In this document: piece by piece, positions 13,801 through 25,800 of the stretch
How the letters are laid out: every line of letters begins with the position of its first letter
Numbering within the stretch: position 1 is the first letter of the stretch
Source of the DNA: Macrostomum lignano
Taxonomy: Eukaryota
Reading direction: 5' to 3'
Length of the DNA stretch: 64,000 nt
Assembly (NCBI GenBank): GCA_002269645.1
Contig: NIVC01003910.1
Coordinates: forward strand, 1-64,000
The notes under the pieces: model-generated
The model's database searches: none
Seen by the model: only the letters and a program-made list of their open reading frames with translations
Told to the model about the DNA's origin: nothing
Position numbers and translations under genes: made by a program

Positions 13801-16800
13801 TCAGTGACGAGTTGCATTTGTTTTGCAACCGCCAGGCTGCAGGACGCCTCGCTCGAGCTGGCCGAAGTGTCGGACGCGTCCTCGGCTGCCGGCCGGCCCG
13901 TCCGGGGCGTGGAGCGCTGCGCCTGTCCGAAGGAGTTCTCAGGCCTCTCCTGCCAGCTGCCCGGTCGCGGCTTCTTCATCGATACCAGCGGCGGCCGCGA
14001 CGTGAGCCAGCTGACCATCAAGCCCTGCGCCTGCAGCAACCGCTCCGAGCTCTGCGACCCCTTCAGCGGCCAGTGCCTGGTGAGCCCGGGCGACTTGATG
14101 ACCGAAGAAAATCCCAATCCCATCCCGCTTGATCCCATATTCACTCCAGAATCCCATCCCATCACAATCCCATCCCTTCACAATCCCATCCCATCACAAT
14201 CCCATCCATTCATAATCCCATCCCATCATAATCCCATCCCATCACAATCCCATCCCATCACAATCCCATCCCATCACAATCCCATCCCATCAGAATCCCA
14301 CCCCATCAGAATCCCACCTCATCAGAATCCCATCCCATCAGAATCCCATCCCATCAGAATCCTATCCCGTCAGAATCCCACCCCATCATAATCCCACCCC
14401 ATTCCCAACACACAAGCACTTTAACTTTCCAGAACTGTCGCGACGGCTTCTACGGCAAGAAGTGCGAGGTCTGCCCGCCGGGTCACGTGATTGAAACCGG
14501 GTCCGATAGGAAGACAATCTGCCGGCCCTGCCGCTGCCCCGGGCCAGCCGTGTCCAAGTAATATTCCCCGCTTTTCTTTAATTTACTAACAGTAGCACTA
14601 CTTGCACTTTCTCTCCTTTTATAAACATTCAGAGAACCCGCCAACCCGACCATTGCAGCAGTAGCCAGTGCCCGCACTTCCTGAACTCCGCGTTGCAAAG
14701 ATATCCCCGCTGCCCGAGGAATTTCGCCGAGAGATGCGAAGCGCTTGGTAGCGATATGGATATTTGCACCTGCAAAGAGGGATACGATGGGGTGAATTGT
14801 GAGAGGTGAGTTCCTGTTCGTTATTTACCTCAAATCTGTTTATTGGAATCCTGAACACTGCCTATCAGAGCGGATCGATAAAATAGGGTGGTCGGTGCGT
14901 ACACTGCCAGTCAGAGCGGATCGATAAAATGGGGTGGTGGGTGTGTACACTGCCGATCAGAGCGGATCGATAAAATGGGGTGGTGGGTGCGTAAACTGCC
15001 GAACAGAGCCGATCGATAAAATAGGGTGGTCGGTGCGTACACTGCCAGTCAGAGCGGATCGATAAAATGGGGTGGTGGGTGTGTACACTGCCGATCAGAG
15101 CGGATCGATAAAATGGGGTGGTGGGTGCGTACACTGCCAGTCAGAGCGGATCGATAAAATTGCAAAAATAGAGGCTACGTACTTGTGCTCAGATTATTAA
15201 CTTGAAATTAATACTAGTAGATTAATAATCAGTTTAAACCGAACCCTGCCAGGTGCAAGCCCGGTTACTATGGCGACCCGGCTCGCAACCTGCCCTGCCA
15301 ACCCTGCCCGTGCAGCGGCAACATCCTGATGGAGCCGGGCTCCTGTCACAATATCACTGGCGAGTGCCTGCGCTGCCAGAACTCCACTGGCTACTACTGC
15401 GAGCTGTGCACCGACTGGATGTTCGGCGACTCAGTGGACGCGAAGAACTGCACAGGTGAGCCATACTCTCATCCACCCCTGACACTTTTCCGACGGCCCG
15501 TGTGTCTGATCGAAAAGGGTCTAATTAAAGGATATGCAGTGTCAGAGCTGTGTAATACTGTGTCAGACTGTGTCAGACAATGTCAGGCAGTGTCAGACTG
15601 TGTCAGACAGTGTCAGGCAGTGTCAGACTGTCAGGCAGTGTCAGGCAGTGTCAGACTGTCAGGCAGTGTCAGGCAGTGTCAGACTGTCAGGCAGTGTCAG
15701 GCAGTGTCAAACTGTGTCAGACTGTGTCAGACTGTGTTAGACTGTGTCAGACTGTGTCAGGCAGTGTCAGGCAGTGTCAGAGCTGTGTAATACTGTGTCA
15801 GACTGTGTCAGACAGTGTCAGGCAGTGTCAGACTGTCAGGCAGTGTCAGGCAGTGTCAGACTGTCAGGCAGTGTCAGGCAGCGTCAGACTGTGTCAGACT
15901 GTGTCAGACTGTGTCAGACTGTCAGGCAGTGTCAGGCAGCGTCAGACTGTCAGGCAGTGTCAGGCAGTGTCAAACTGTGTCAGACTGTGTCAGACTGTGT
16001 CAGACTGTGTCAGACTGTGTCAGACTGTGTCAGACTGTGTCAGACTGTGTCAGACTGTGTCAGACTGTGTAATACTGTGTAATACTGTGTCAGACTGTGT
16101 AATACTGTGTCAGGCAGTGTCAGACTGTGTCAGACTGTGTAGACAGTGTCAGATAGTGTCAGACTGTGTCAGACTGTGTCAGACTGTGTCAGACTGTGTC
16201 AGACTGTGTCAGACTGTGTCAGACTGTGTCAGACTGTGTCAGACTGTGTCAGACTGTGTCAGACTGTGTCAGACTGTGTCAGGCAGCGAACCCTTCACGC
16301 TGCGACTCCCTAATTAGCGGCAGGTCTCGCAGACCCCGAGCTCAACTCCCCATCCTGCTCCAGGCTGCGCCTGCGACCGCAACGGCACCGTGAAGTGCAA
16401 CCGGCGCACTGGCGAGTGTCTCTGCCGTCAGGGCGTCAGCGGCGCCCGCTGCTCCGAGTGCGAGCCCGACCGCTGGGGCTTCGGGTCGGCCGGCGGCTGT
16501 CGCGACTGCGGCTGCGGCAACGCCAGCCTGAGCTCGCAGTGCGACCGCGACACCGGCCTGTGCCAGTGCCGGCCGGGAGTCACCGGCGACAAGTGCGACC
16601 GGTGCCTGCCCGGTTACTATGGCTACGGACCTGACGGGTGCACAGGTGAGAGGGGGGATTTCAATTTAGGGGTTTGTGATTAAACATTGTGATCTCTGAC
16701 ATTTGGGGTTTAATTGGGATTTCTGAGTTCGGATTCCAGCATGAGGATTTCTGTGTTTGGATTCCAGCATGAGGATTTCTGTGTTTGGATTCCAGCATGA

Positions 16801-19800
16801 GGATTTCTGTGTTCGGATTCCAGCATGGGAATTTCTGTGTTTGGATTCCAGCATGAGGATTTCTGTGTTTGGATTCCAGCATGAGGATTTCTGTGTTTGG
16901 ATTCCAGCATGGGAATTTCTGTGTTGGGATTCGCGCCTTGGGAATTAAATTTTGGGATTTCAATATCAATTTTCTCAAATTCCAAATGGGAGTCTCCAAG
17001 TGAAGATATCCCATCAGTCTGAGGAATTCTTTACCGGGATCTGGCCAGCCCATAACGGAATCCCACGCCGCCCGCGCCCCCAGAGTGCACCAGCTGCATC
17101 GGCGCGAACTTCGCCGGCTGCGACAATGTCACGGGCCAGTGCCAGTGCGTCGACGGGGTCCGCGGCGAGCGGTGCGACATCTGCCGGCGCGGCTGGCTGA
17201 ACACCCCGCAGGGCGGCTGCAAAGTCTGCGACAGCTGCATCTTCATGCTGATCGACAGCACCGACTCCGCCAACTCCAGTCTGCAGCGGCTGCGGGCCGA
17301 CCAGGCCGCGGTGCTCAACGGCAGCGAGCTGGAGCGGCTGCTGGTGCGGATCGACTCGGAGCTGCAGCAGTTCGATGTGAGGCTGCTCAGTGTCATGATG
17401 GCGAAACCGCCCCCCCTCTTTAGTATAGGAAGCCTTTACTCATATGTTCTCTTCATTTAGGCGCTTACATCACTCATTTCAGCGCTTACAGCAATCATTT
17501 CGGTGCTTACAGCAATCATTTCGGTGCTTACAGCAATCATTTCGGTGCTTACAGCAATCATTTCGGTGCTTACAGCAATCATTTTGGCGCTTACATCACT
17601 CATTTCAGCGCTTACAGCAATCATTTCGGTGCTTACAGCAATCATTTCGGTGCTTACAGCAATCATTTTGGCGCTTACATCACTCATTTCAGCGCTTACA
17701 GCAATCATTTCGGTGCTTACAGCAATCATTTCGGCGCTTACAGCAATCATTTCAGTGCTTACAGCAATCATTTTGGCGCTTACATCACTCATTTCAGCGC
17801 TTACAGCAATCATTTCGGTGCTTACAGCAATCATTTCGGCGCTTACAGCAATCATTTCAGTGCTTACAGCAATCATTTTGGCGCTTACATCACTCATTTC
17901 AGCGCTTACAGCAATCATTTCGGTGCTTACAGCAATCATTTCGGCGCTTACAGCACCCATTTAGGCGCTTACAGCATTCATTTAGGCGCTTACAGCAATC
18001 ATTTCGGTGCTTACAGTAATCATTTCGGCGCTTACAGCAATCATTTCGGTGCTTACAGCAATCATTTTGGCGCTTACATCACTCATTTCAGCGCTTACAG
18101 CAATCATTTCGGTGCTTACAGCAATCATTTCAGTGCTTACAGCAATCATTTTGGCGCTTACATCACTCATTTCAGCGCTTACAGCAATCATTTCGGTGCT
18201 TACAGCAATCATTTCGGCGCTTACAGCACTCATTTAGGCGCTTACAGCATTCATTTAGGCGCTTACAGCAATCATTTCGGTGCTTACAGTAATCATTTCG
18301 GCGATTACAGCAAGTAATTTTGCGCCGCAGCACAGATTTCAGCCTCAAGGATCAGATTTGGCTCGCTTGTTAGTTTCAAAAACTTATCCCACTTCCCCCC
18401 TCACCCGCTGTTCCGAGTATCCCAGTTTTCCTCTTCAGTCCTCTTCCCATTCCCCGCCCTGCAGGCCGAAGCCGCCACCCTCGCCAGCGAAGGAGGTCGC
18501 GACGTGGGCCTCGGCCCGGTGCAGGAGAAACTCGACCAGCTCAGGAAGCGACAGGAAGCCGAAGATGCTCAGGTGAGCTCGCTGGCAGATTCGCCTGTCA
18601 TTCTGGAGATTTATTTGAGCTGTGGTATTGAAAACTGGCTAATTCCAGACTCTGGCTCTGATGAAGGACCAGAATGACACCAGAGACCAGGCTGAGGAGG
18701 CCCTGACCAGCCTGCAGTCACTGCAGAACTCCAGCCAGCTGATGGACGCGGATGCAACCGGTGCGTTGGCCCCGACTGAGAGCCACTTCGCCCCTGATCG
18801 AATCCATACTCCTGCCCCCACACACCCCTGCCCCACACACCCCTGCCCCACAATTCCCTGCCCCCACACCCCTGCCCCACAAACCCCTGCCCCACAAACC
18901 CCTGCCCCACAAACCCCTGCCCCACACATTCCTGCCCCACAAACCCCTGCCCCACAAACCCCTGCCCCACAAACCCCTGCCCCACACATTCCTGCCCCAC
19001 AAACCCTGCCCCACACACCCCTACCCAGCAAACCCTTGCCCATGCCCACTAACCTAAGCCACCAACCGCCCCCATCCCGCAGACTTCCTCCGCCAGCTGG
19101 AGGCCAGCAAGTCTCGCGGCGATGCCTTTGTCAGCCAGCCGGACTATTTGGAGGCCACTCAGCTGCTGGCGAAAAAAACCGAGGACTTCTGGACCCGGAA
19201 GAACCGGGTGCTGATCCCGGTAAAGGACCGGCACAACAGCACCCTGTCGCAGGAGCAGGCCAGTACGTATTGCGAAGTTTAATGCTCCATAAGCTTTGAG
19301 CCTGAGTCTGACAGATCCCGTAACCCCCACCCAACCCATCAGTGAAAAGTCGGCTGGCCGAGGTGCAGGCCCGGATCAGTGCGGGCGCAGCCGAGGCCGG
19401 CTCCCAGTCTCTGGGGATCTCCTACGCCTCATCGTACCTGACGGCCGCGCTCAACCTCACTGGAGCTGCGATGGACGGCGCCGGCGCCGCTGATGTCCGG
19501 CTGCTTCAGCTGGGCACCGAGATCACTGCGCTCAGCACCGCGGCCGAAGGTGACGCGGCGGAGGTCCGGCGCCTTCAAGTCAATGCTGGCGACGCCAACG
19601 ACCGGTTGAATGCGTCCTTGGAGGTGAGCAGGGATGTTAGTGGTGCTGATCTGGGATCTCAGAGAGGTTGAGATGGGATCTCATTAGGGTTGAGCTGGGA
19701 TCTCAGAGAGGTTGAGATGGGATCTCATTAGGGTTGAGCTGGGATCTCAGAGAGGTTGAGCTGGGATCTCAGAGAGGTTGAGCTGGGATCTCATTAGGGT

Positions 19801-22800
19801 TGAGCTGGGATCTCAGAGAGGTTGAGCTGGGATCTCAATGAGGTTGAGCTGGAATCTCAGAGAGGTTGAGCTGGGATCTCAATGAGGTTGAGCTGGGATC
19901 TCAGAGAGGTTGAGCTGGGATCTCAATGAGGTTGAGCTGGGATCTCATTGAGATAGAGCTGGGATCTCAGTGAGCTTGAGCTGGGATCTCATTGAGGTTG
20001 AGCTGGGATCTCATTGGGGTTGAGCTGGGATCTCATTGAGGTTGAGCTGGGATCTCATTGGGGTTAAGCTGGGATCTCATTGGGGTTGAGCTGGGATGTC
20101 ATTGGGGTTGAGCTGGTATCTCATTGAGGTTGAGCTGGGATCTCAGAGAAGTTTAGCTGGGATTCAGGATTTCAGTTGTGACTGAGCAGGGGATCTCAGC
20201 CTGAAGTTCACCCAACCCCACAGTGGCTGACGAACCTGTCGGAGTCCACCGAGCTGGACGGTCTCCGGGCCCGTGTGTACAAGGCGCACGGCGAGCTCCG
20301 CGACCTGTCCAGAAGCTCCGCCATCGTCGGCGTCCAGCTGGCGCTCCGGCGCTCCCGGCGCGAGGCGGCGGCCGCGATGAACCTGGAGGAGGCGCGGCGG
20401 GCCGTGGAGGCCAAGGTGCAGGACATGCAGAACGTCGACGTCTTCGCGAAGGTCGTGCTCCAGCCGCTGCTGTCAGCCCCCGGCTACCCGCTGCTGCAGA
20501 CCAGCGGCAGCATGGCGGTGGCCTCGAAAAAGACCGCCGAGCGGGCGACCTTCCTGGCGAACATGGCCCGGGCGGCGCTGCTGGAGATCGACAACTCCAC
20601 CCGCCTCCGGCTGGACGCCATCAACAACTCCGACTGGGCCCGGGTGGCGGAGAAGCAGGTGCAGGGTGAGTTGCAGGTGCAGGGGGACATAAAAAATTTC
20701 AAACCCAGTGTCCCGCCAATCGCTACTTGCCTCAGTAGCAGACGCAGTCCCGCCCCCTCCCGCATCCGCCCCCCGCAGCCGTGGCCGACAAGGTGCGGGA
20801 GAAGAGCCTCCAGATCAACGAGCTTAACTCCCGGGCCCTGCAGTTCCGACAGCCGAAATTTTCTACCGAAGCCGACGCGGTGGTGACGGAGCTCGGGGAG
20901 ACTGCGGACTCGGGTGAGTGAGTGCGGCTGGGAGTGATATCACTCCTGAGAACCTGAGTGAGATCACTCCTGAGACCTGAGTGAGATCACTCCTGAGAAC
21001 CAGAGTGAGATCACTCCTGAGAACCTGAGTGAGATCACTCCTGAGACCTGACTGATATCACTCCTGAGAACCTGAGTGAGATCACTCCTGAGAACCCGAG
21101 TGAACTCACTCCTGAGAACCAGAGTGAGCTCACTCCTGAGAACCAGAGTGAGATCACTCCTAAGAACCCGAGTGAACTCACTCCTGAGAACCAGAGTGAG
21201 ATCACTCCTAAGAACCCGAGTGAACTCACTCCTGAGAACCAGAGTGAACTCACTCCTGAGAACCTGATTTCTGTAGTGGACGCATCTCTTACACAGAAAA
21301 ATGCAAGGTATTTTGCCTTCTACTGCAAGTAGCAACTGGCGGACTCACCCCCCCCCCTACTGCAGCGCAGGTCCGGTTGACGGAGCTGCAGCAGGCGAAC
21401 TCCAGCCGAGTGCGGCAGGAGGACATCCGGGCCAAGCTGGTGGGCCTGGAGGCCAGCAGGGAGGAGATCCGGGCCGACTCCGAGGCCATCAAGAGGAGGA
21501 AGGCGAAGGCGAGCACCGACCTGCGGCTCAACGATGACAAGCGTGAGTGGCCTGAGCAGTGCTCAGGTTGAGGCTGAGTGGCCTGAGCAGTGCTCAGGTT
21601 GGGGCTGAGTGGCCTGAGCAGTGCTCAGGTTGAGGCTGAGTGGCCTGAGCAGTGCTCAGATTGGGGCTGAGTGGCCTGAGCAGTGCTCAGGTTGGGGCTG
21701 AGTGGCCTAAGCAGTGCTCAGGTTGGGGCTGAGTGGCCTGAGCAGTGCTCAGGTTGGGGCTGAGTGGCCTGAGCAGTGCTCAGATTGGGGCTGGGCTCGC
21801 CTGGTTGAGCTCACTGGCGACAACGTAGCAGAGTTGGCAATGCCATCAATGCTATCAACCCATCAATGCTATCAATCCATCAATGCTATCAACCCATCAA
21901 TGCTATCAATCCATCAATGCTATGAATCCATCAATGCTATGAATCCATCAATGCTATCAATCCATCAATGCTATCAATCCATCAATGCTATGAATCCATA
22001 TCAGTCCATTGACACTGTCCGCAGTGCTGGAGCTCCGCGACAACCTCAAGGCGATGCGGCGCGCCCTGCGGCCGTCGGGCAACTCGAGCGCCGGGCCGCC
22101 CAGCCTGACCGACCAGCTGCGCGGCCTGCGGCAGCGGCTTGACGAGCTGCGCCGGCAGATCAACAGCACCCGGCTGAGCCTGCGGTCCCTGGCTGACCGG
22201 GTCAACTCGGTGAGTCTCCTGAGCCTCTGAGCACACCCATAGCAACTCAGAGATCTGCGCGGTCTTCTCACAGCATCCGCCCTCGCACCGCCCACAGCTC
22301 GAGTACGTGAGGCAGTTCGGCCGGAACGACTCCCTGACGCTGCCGGTTGAGGATGTGGCCGACCTGGCAACGCTGAACCAGCTCAAGATCAGCTTCATCC
22401 CGGCTGAGCAGAGCGGCGTTCTGGCAGTCCTGGCCGACGTGAGAGCGGTGCGAAATCTTGCTGCCAAGCCTCCCTCAGCTTCCTCATCCATAACTTGTTT
22501 GGCTTCGTTAGTTTTATCAACTTTCATAGCTTCATCAGCTTCAACAGCTTCACCAGTTTCATCAGCCTCATCAGCTTCATCAGCCTCATAAGCTTCATCA
22601 GCCTCATCAGCTTCATTAGCATCAAAACATCATTAGTTTCATAAGCGTCATCAGTCTCATCAGCTTCATCAGCTTCGTCAGCTTCATCAGCCTTCATCAA
22701 CTTCATCAGCCTCATCAGCTTCATCAGCTTCATCAGCTTCATCAACATCCTTTGTTTCATCCACTTCTGCTAATTCAGCTTCACCAGCCTTACAAGCTTA

Positions 22801-25800
22801 ATCAGGTCTCTCAGCTCCCCATCTGCACCAGCTCACTCAGTTTCCTCATTCACTTTATTACCTTCCCCGCCTTAATTAGCTTCCTCAACCTGCGCTTTTT
22901 TGTCATTTTTGCATTCATCCCATAGCTTCATCATCCCGATTAGACCAGCTTCCCAGCTTTCAAAGGCCAACCCGAAACCTCGCCACCGACCAGCCCACCA
23001 GCTCCGTCCGTCTCCGCGAACCTCTGCAGGGCAAAGTCGGCTACTTCAGCTCCGTCCACGTGCTCGACGGCCGCCTGGCCTTCGCCGGCAGCAACGCCAG
23101 CCTGCAGACGCTCCAAAGCCTCCGCCTGCGGCCGGGTGTCGCCTACTCGGCCACCGTCCGGCGCTACCGCCGCACCCTGGCCGTGTCTGTCCGGGACTCG
23201 GCCACCGGCCGCTACCACAGCGGCCGCTTCGGGCTGCCGAACGCCGAGCAGTTCCCGGAGCTGAGTCCCTTCTCCACCAGCCTGCACCTGGGCGGCCTGC
23301 CGCCCAACCTCGCTGCACTGGTGAGCCGCTGGGGTGCCACTGGGGTGCCAGCGACAGGGAGGGCACAGAAGAGACCGCCTACTGAAGAGTAGCAAGGAAA
23401 AAAATTCAGGCGAATCTCTCATAGTGTGTGGGAAAGCTTCTGCACAGATAGTTGAATAGAACTTCGGGGTCTGTCCACAGCTGAGGTCCTGGGCTCATCG
23501 CGAGTTCGAATCTCATTGTTGGACAGGCATGTAGCAGCTCACAGTGCTTCACCTACCGGGAGTCGAACCCAGGGCTTTCAGGAATGAATCCACCCCAGTC
23601 ACCGGTGGAGAAGCCACCGCACACATCCGGCCCAGTCACGGGTGGAGAAGCCACCGCACACACCCCAGTCACGGGTGGAGAAGTCACCGCACACACCCCA
23701 GTCACCGGTGGGGAAGTCACCGCACACACCCCAGTCACCGGTGGGGAAGTCACCGCACACACCCCAGTCACGGGTGGAGAAGCCACCGCACACACCCCAG
23801 TCACGGGTGGGGAAGCCACCGCCCACCGCACACATCCCATTCCCAAAATCCAAAGGGCTGATCCAGCTGGCAGCTAACCAGCTCAAGCATCTCTCCTTCC
23901 AGTTCCCAGCCGAGCAGCTGCAGCAGTGGAGCGGATTCGCCGGCATCATTTTGAAGGCTTCGCTGAACGGCGAGCCGCTGAACTTGTGGCAGTTCACCGC
24001 CAGGACTGGGGTGAAACTGCATCAGGTTGCAGGGTGAGTTGCTTCAAGTTGCTGCCAAATTTTGCTTTCATATTTTCGTATTTTCGCAAATTTAACTAGC
24101 TCAAGATCCCAACCAGCTCAAGATCCCAACCAGCTCAAGATCCCAACCAGCTCAAGATCCCAACCAGCTCAAGATCCCAACCAGCTCAAGATCCCAACCA
24201 GCTCAAGATCCCAACCAGCTCAAGATCCCAACGAGCTCAAGATCCCAACCAGCTCAAGATCCCAACCAGCTCAAGACCCCAACCAGCTCAAGATCCCAAC
24301 GAGCTCAAGATCCCAACCAGCTCAAGATCCCAACCAGCTCAAGATCCCAACCAGCTCAAGATCCCAACCAGCTCAAGATCCCAACCAGCTCAAAATCCCA
24401 ACCAGCTCAAGATCCCAACCAGCTCAAAATCCCAACCAGCTCAGGATCCCAAACAGCTCAAGATCCCAACCAGCTCAAGATCCCAACCGGCTCAAGATCC
24501 CAACCAGCTCAAGATCCCAACCAGCTCAAAATCCCAACCAGCTCAAGATCCCAATCCCAAATTCTCCCACGCCACTTGCAGTCCGATTCCTGGCCAGGCC
24601 GCCCGCTACTACCTGGACGGAGACACCTGGGCCACCATCAGCGAAGCCTTCGGCAGCTCTGCCGTCAAGTTTCTGTCCGACGAGCGGCTCGAACTCGCGC
24701 TGGCCACGCACTCGCCCGACTCGGCGCTGCTCCGCCCCGGTGCCGCCTCCGCTCGCGGCAGCCACGGCCTCATCGAGCTGCGGACAGAGTCCGGCCGACT
24801 GGTTGTCATAGTAACCACGCCGAGCTCGACCGGCGAAACTCGCAACGTCATCCGGCTGAGCTCTCGCGATCGAATCGACGATGGCAGCGAGCGAAGCGTC
24901 TTGCTCGAGATGAAGAACCGGAAGCTGCGCCTATCTGTCGATGGCCAGACTCAGGAGGAGCAAGAATTCGAACCCACGACCTTCTATAACGAGTTTATAC
25001 TGGCGCCGGAGCCCGAGGATGCCAGGTTTGGAAATTTATGATTTTCTGTATTGGGGCTGTAGCCAAGTAGTTAAAGCGTCGGACTCCCGATTTGAAGGTC
25101 GGGGGTTCGATTCCCGATCCCACTGGAACTATTTGTATCCTTGAGCAAGACACTTAATTCTGCATTTCTTCAGTTCACCCAGCTGTTAAATGGGTGCCAG
25201 CATTAGCTGGGGTAACTGAGGGTATGTGTGGCGACCCCCCAGTCCTTGGACTGAACAGCCGTACGCAGCCTTCAGATGCACCGCGCAATTGCTGCGGCTG
25301 AGCTGTCGGCTGCACATCTGCCTATTAGGGCAGGTGCAGTCAATTTTTGAATTATTATTCTCATTATTATTACTATTATATTGGGACGAGACGCAGATAT
25401 GGGATGTGGAATCCCCGGGTTCGATTCCGCTGCTCAGGGCTCAGAGGAATGTGCTTGGCTGCGGGCCGCCTGTCGCTACTGACCTCAGTAGGCAAGTTGG
25501 GATCGCAGCAAAACAAATCTGCCGCATTTCAGCAGCTTCAGGCCGCGCTTCATCGGCACCATCGCCGGCCTGGCCTTCAACGGCAACGAGTCGCTGGACA
25601 TCCGGTTCTTCGGCAACTCCAGCCGGGCCGTCAACTCCAGCCGGGACAGCCTGGTGAGGCCGCTGGTCTACGCTCTGCTCGCCCATCCGCTGCTCCCAAT
25701 CAGGTTTCTTAGAAAGCTAAAATAACATTTCAATCCCGCAGCTATCCCGGTTCGTCAAGGTGGGCGGCGACTCGCTGCTGGAGCTGCCGCTGGGGCCGGG

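Noticed and set aside
25053-25125. tRNA gene (and the same at 56723-56795)
   Set aside because: A and B boxes are present, but there is no complementary acceptor stem or T-run terminator, and the head continues into a shared ~230-bp body; copy 2 also has a TSD. It is a SINE.
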